Shown one piece after another: positions 60,295-64,000 of a stretch of DNA of 64,000 nt (positions are counted from its first letter, which is position 1; each line of letters begins with the position of its first letter). A program made the translations under genes and the position numbers. The notes under the pieces are model-generated. The model searched no databases. It was given only the letters and a program-made list of their open reading frames with translations, and was not told the DNA's origin. The DNA comes from Eledone cirrhosa. Taxonomy: Eukaryota. The DNA lies in NCBI GenBank assembly GCA_964016885.1, contig OZ024741.1, positions 350,238,001-350,302,000 on the forward strand, given 5' to 3'.

Positions 60295-60331
<37 letters not shown>

Positions 60332-60414
60332 TACACATATATGTATTTAAGCATATGTATATATATATATATATATATACATACAATTATATGCATTTAG
60401 GTATATGTACATGA

Positions 60415-60445
<31 letters not shown>

Positions 60446-60460
60446 CTTTTAATATAGATG

Positions 60461-60511
60461 AGATTCTACAGGACTAGAACTGTTTCATTCTTTAGAAATC
60501 ATCAGGAATCT
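60461..60511 (-). ncRNA. Type I hammerhead ribozyme in the inverted segment upstream of the Penelope-like ORF
   Basis: AGATTC-CTGATGA-TTTC TAAA GAAT-GAAAC-AG TTCTAGTC CT-GTA-GAATCT, with a perfect 6-bp stem I. Confidence 0.82.
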
Positions 60512-60659
60512 GGGTATCAAAAAATAAATATGGTATTTATAGGAGAGGGTAGGGGTGGGATGTGTAGAGGTCATTGGTTGATAGAAAAGGGAATTCATTA
60601 AAAGCTAATTCTTTAAAGCTATAATTTATATTTAGAGTAAAACCAAAAACATTTATGAG

Positions 60660-62361
60660 GTAGACTCACAGACCAACAATAAGCTGGCAAAAAATGCCAT
60701 CATGACCACCTACAAAAAGGTAATAGAAATCACCAAATCCCATAAATTACATGACCGAATCGAACCTTTAAGGGTAAAGACCCCCCACTTTACCCTGAAG
60801 GACCATAAGGGAAACTTCCTCAACAAACCATCAGTCAGTTTTATCAACCCCACTCGTTCAGACATCGGCTCTATCAGTAAGAAGATCCTAGATAGAGGTC
60901 TACCATCATTGCGGGTTGCCTCATCACTCCCACTCTGGAGCAGAACATCTGAGGCAATATCCTGGTTCCAAGAATTACCCGACAAACGCCACACTCGCTT
61001 CCTGCAACTCGACATAGAAAACTACTATGCTTCTATCTCGGAGCCCCTCCTGAAGGACGCAATTACCTTTGCCAGGAATTTTACCACCATTACCGATGCT
61101 GAGCAAGTTGTTATCCTCCACGCCCGTAAGACCTTTCTATACCACGATGGATCTTACTGGACCAACAAGAAGTCTCAGACTCCATATGGGAGCGAGTGAC
61201 TCGGCTGAAATTAGCGACCTTGTGGGCTTGTACATTTTACATCACCTGAAGAACCTCTTTACCGGCCTAACCGGAGGTTTATACCGAGACGACGGCCTCT
61301 TCGCCCTGCACAAGGTTAATCCCAGAACCACCGATGGGTTTCGGAGAAACTTAAGCTCGTTCTTCTCTAATCTAGGATTTAGTATAACTATAGAATCTAA
61401 TATGACTAGGGCCAACTTCTTAGATGTCAGTCTCGAGCTAGATACTTCCCTCTATTACCCGTACCACAAACCTAACGAGTCCCTTAGATATATTAATGTT
61501 AATTCTAACCACCCCCAAAACATCACTGATAACTTAGTAAAAAGCGTCTCTATTAGAATATCTGGCCTCTCTCCCAACGAAGATATTTTTAACGCCTCTG
61601 CCTCCTACTACAATGACGCCCTCGCCCGCAGCGGATTTAAAGAAAAGATAACCTTCCTAGAAACCACCGCAAGATGGCAGAGGAGGAATAGGCATAGGCA
61701 GAGAGGTCTCTACACCGATAGCTCGGATTTTCTTCACTTTGCTGAAAACACACTTCCTCATACAAAATAGGTACTACACCATCTTTAATAAGAACACAAT
61801 AAGACTCTCCTACTCCACCACACCTCACCTAGCTAGGAATATAGCCAACCACAATTCTAAAAAATTAAATAAGCCAACCACCTCCGAACCCAATCCCCGG
61901 ACTGGGGCCTTGTGTAATTGCCTAAATAAGGAAGCCTGCCTACTTAAAAACAAATGCCTGACAAATGATATCGTATACAAATGCGATGTCATCTCAGGCA
62001 CCGATGATTGCAATAACAAAAAGACTTACATCGGCATGACTTCCAATAACTTTAAGACCCGTTGGTATACCCGTTGGTATGCTTCAGAAGACCGGACAGA
62101 TCAAACCAGACAACACTCGCCTCCTATGTTTGGGACCTCAAAAGGAACTCCACCCTCTTCACGCTTATATGGAAAATACTCCAGAAGCGCTCTTACAACG
62201 GAGGACACAATGCCTTCGACTTTTGTATCTCAGAGAGCTATGAAATTTTATTCGCCAAGGGCCCGCTACTGAATAAACTCTCTGAACACTGTCCGAACTG
62301 CATGCACAAGAACTTTGCAACTTTCAAATACCTTAAGCCAATGTTAATGCCCGATGGCTAA
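60660..62361 (+). pseudogene. Penelope-like element (Naiad-type) RT + GIY-YIG ORF, 5'-truncated and frameshifted
   Basis: TLKDHKGNF...INPTRSDIGSISKKILD; FLQLDIENYYASI; MGASDSAEISDLVGLYIL; GLYRDDGL; NFLDVSL...YINVNSNHP; CNCLNKEACLLKNKCL...IVYKC...TYIGMTSNNFKTR; LASYVWDLK...CMHK. Spread over four ORFs. Confidence 0.92.
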
Positions 62362-62539
62362 AAACGACTTCCCCCTTTTAGCCCCTCTACCTCCTTCCCA
62401 CGTCACCTCCACTCCTCCTCAACCTGAAATACGGCCACTATGGTTATGTGGATACATCTTACCTATCTGCATTTTCTGTCTGTAGAGCCTTTTTTATGTG
62501 CCTGTGTATATGCGTATATTTATGAGTACTTATTTGTAT

Positions 62540-62575
62540 ATATATATGTGTGTGTATGTGTGTGTATATGTATGA

Positions 62576-62635
<60 letters not shown>

Positions 62636-62994
62636 ATGTATATGTATGTATGTGTGTGTGTATGTATGTATGTATGTGTGTGTGTATGTATGTATGTATG
62701 TGTGTGTGTATGTATGTGTGTGTGTATGTATGTATGTGTGTGTGTATGTATATGTATGTATGTGTGTGTGTATGTATATGTATATATGTGTGTGTGTGGG
62801 TGTATGTATATGTATATATGTGTATATGTATGTGTATGTATATGTGTATATGTGTATATGTGTGTATATGTGTGTATATATATGTGTGTGTATATATGTA
62901 TATATATGTATATATATATGTGTATATGTGTATATATGTGTATATGTTTGTATATGTATATATATATATATATATGCATATATGTGTATATGTT

Positions 62995-63025
<31 letters not shown>

Positions 63026-63566
63026 GTATATGTTTGTATATATATATATATATATGTGTATGTGTATGTGTATATATATATGTATATGTGTATGTGTATG
63101 TGTATATATATATGTATATGTGTATATATATGTGTATATATGTATGTATATATATATGTGTGTGTATGTGTATATATATATATGTATATGTGTATATATA
63201 TGTGTATATATGTATGTATATATATGTGTGTGTGTGTGTGTATGTGTATGCATATATATGTATATATGTATATATCTGTGTATGTATTTATTTATTTTAT
63301 ATACATATATTTATATATATATATATGTGTATATGTATGTGTATATATGTGTATATATATGTATGTGTATATATATATATATATAAATGTATATATGTGT
63401 GTATGTATGTGTGTATGTGTGTATATATATATGTACGTGTGTGTGTATGTATCTATATGTATGTGTATGTGTGTGTATATGTGTATATATATGTATGTGT
63501 ATATATATATATATATAAATGTATATATGTGTGTATGTATGTATATATATATATATATATATATAA
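62540..63566. repeat. Compound (TA)n/(TG)n/(TATG)n array
   Basis: Direct observation. Confidence 0.95.
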
Positions 63567-63569
63567 ATA

Positions 63570-64000
63570 AAACATGAGAAGAATGAATACTGCATGGTTG
63601 CACATGGGTTACATATGATAAAAATAGTCCTTCATCAGTGATTTTCCAACCTTCATTGGTATTTCATCGCTTTAAAAATCATATACGTCCAGTTGGTGCG
63701 AGCAATAGCTAAATAAAGCTATTGGGACAAGTAAATCGCGTAAAGCGAGCGAGACAAGTAAACAAACATAGAAGGATAGCAACGCAAAGATAGGAAAAAA
63801 CAAACACCTGGGAGTCCGATCAGCGTAAGCTGTGTGGATTTCATGAGCGAGAGACAGCAGACCGTCCGACGCGAGTGGGGTGTGAGCAAGAAAGGACCTC
63901 ACTTCAGGCCAAACGGGATGAAGTGGGAAGGGGAGAAGCAGAGAGTGAGTGAGTGGAAGTGCGAGGAAGAGGCCAGTCGAGAGAAAGTGTAACTGACAGA
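63570..64000 (-). repeat. Homolog of 52985-53500 (runs off the window end)
   Basis: Reverse-complement similarity, including the CTGATGA motif at 63632-63638. Confidence 0.8.

Larger units (their letters stand above)
58836..60299 (+). mobile_element. Retrozyme-like tandem array: 2.8 x 464-466 bp HHR-containing units preceded by an inverted partial unit
   Basis: Near-identical units with CTGATGA at 59028, 59494 and 59958. 58836-58992 is the reverse complement of about 59150-59306. No coding capacity; (TA)n on both sides. Confidence 0.88.

Noticed and set aside
58997-60299. CRISPR array or coding tandem repeat
   Set aside because: Whole units are near-identical with no unique spacers, the context is eukaryotic, and the small ORFs are repeat-derived.
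60660-62361. Selenoprotein-type Naiad (in-frame UGA plus SECIS)
   Set aside because: The Cys positions of the CNC/C motifs use TGT/TGC, the breaks are frameshifts, and no convincing SECIS was seen. The TGA codons in the 18812-18978 relic align with Arg positions (CGA to TGA decay).

Overview
AT-rich, microsatellite-saturated eukaryotic intergenic or intronic DNA. The SINE families and repeat landscape look like an Octopus/cephalopod genome (inference). No intact host gene is supportable. Almost all long ORFs in the track are translations of (TA)n/(TG)n/(CTA)n repeats. Recognisable elements: the 5' part of a Tx1/L1-type LINE (1-3363, minus), a decayed pogo-like DDE transposase, RTE and CR1 LINE fragments, a bipartite non-autonomous RTE, Tc1/mariner/pogo-type MITEs, many tRNA-derived SINEs, and a frameshifted Penelope-like (Naiad-type) RT + GIY-YIG element (60660-62400). 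The main hidden signal is non-coding. Roughly 18 complete or near-complete type I hammerhead ribozyme (HHR) motifs of about ten sequence families sit in short, mostly (TA)n-flanked insertions, many with an inverted 5' copy. The set includes a 464-466 bp tandem HHR-bearing array (58997-60299) with the hallmarks of a circular-RNA-producing retrozyme. It also includes a three-copy motif with compensatory base changes in which the hammerhead core strands occur in a non-canonical order. All structures were folded by eye; coordinates of degenerate repeats are approximate.
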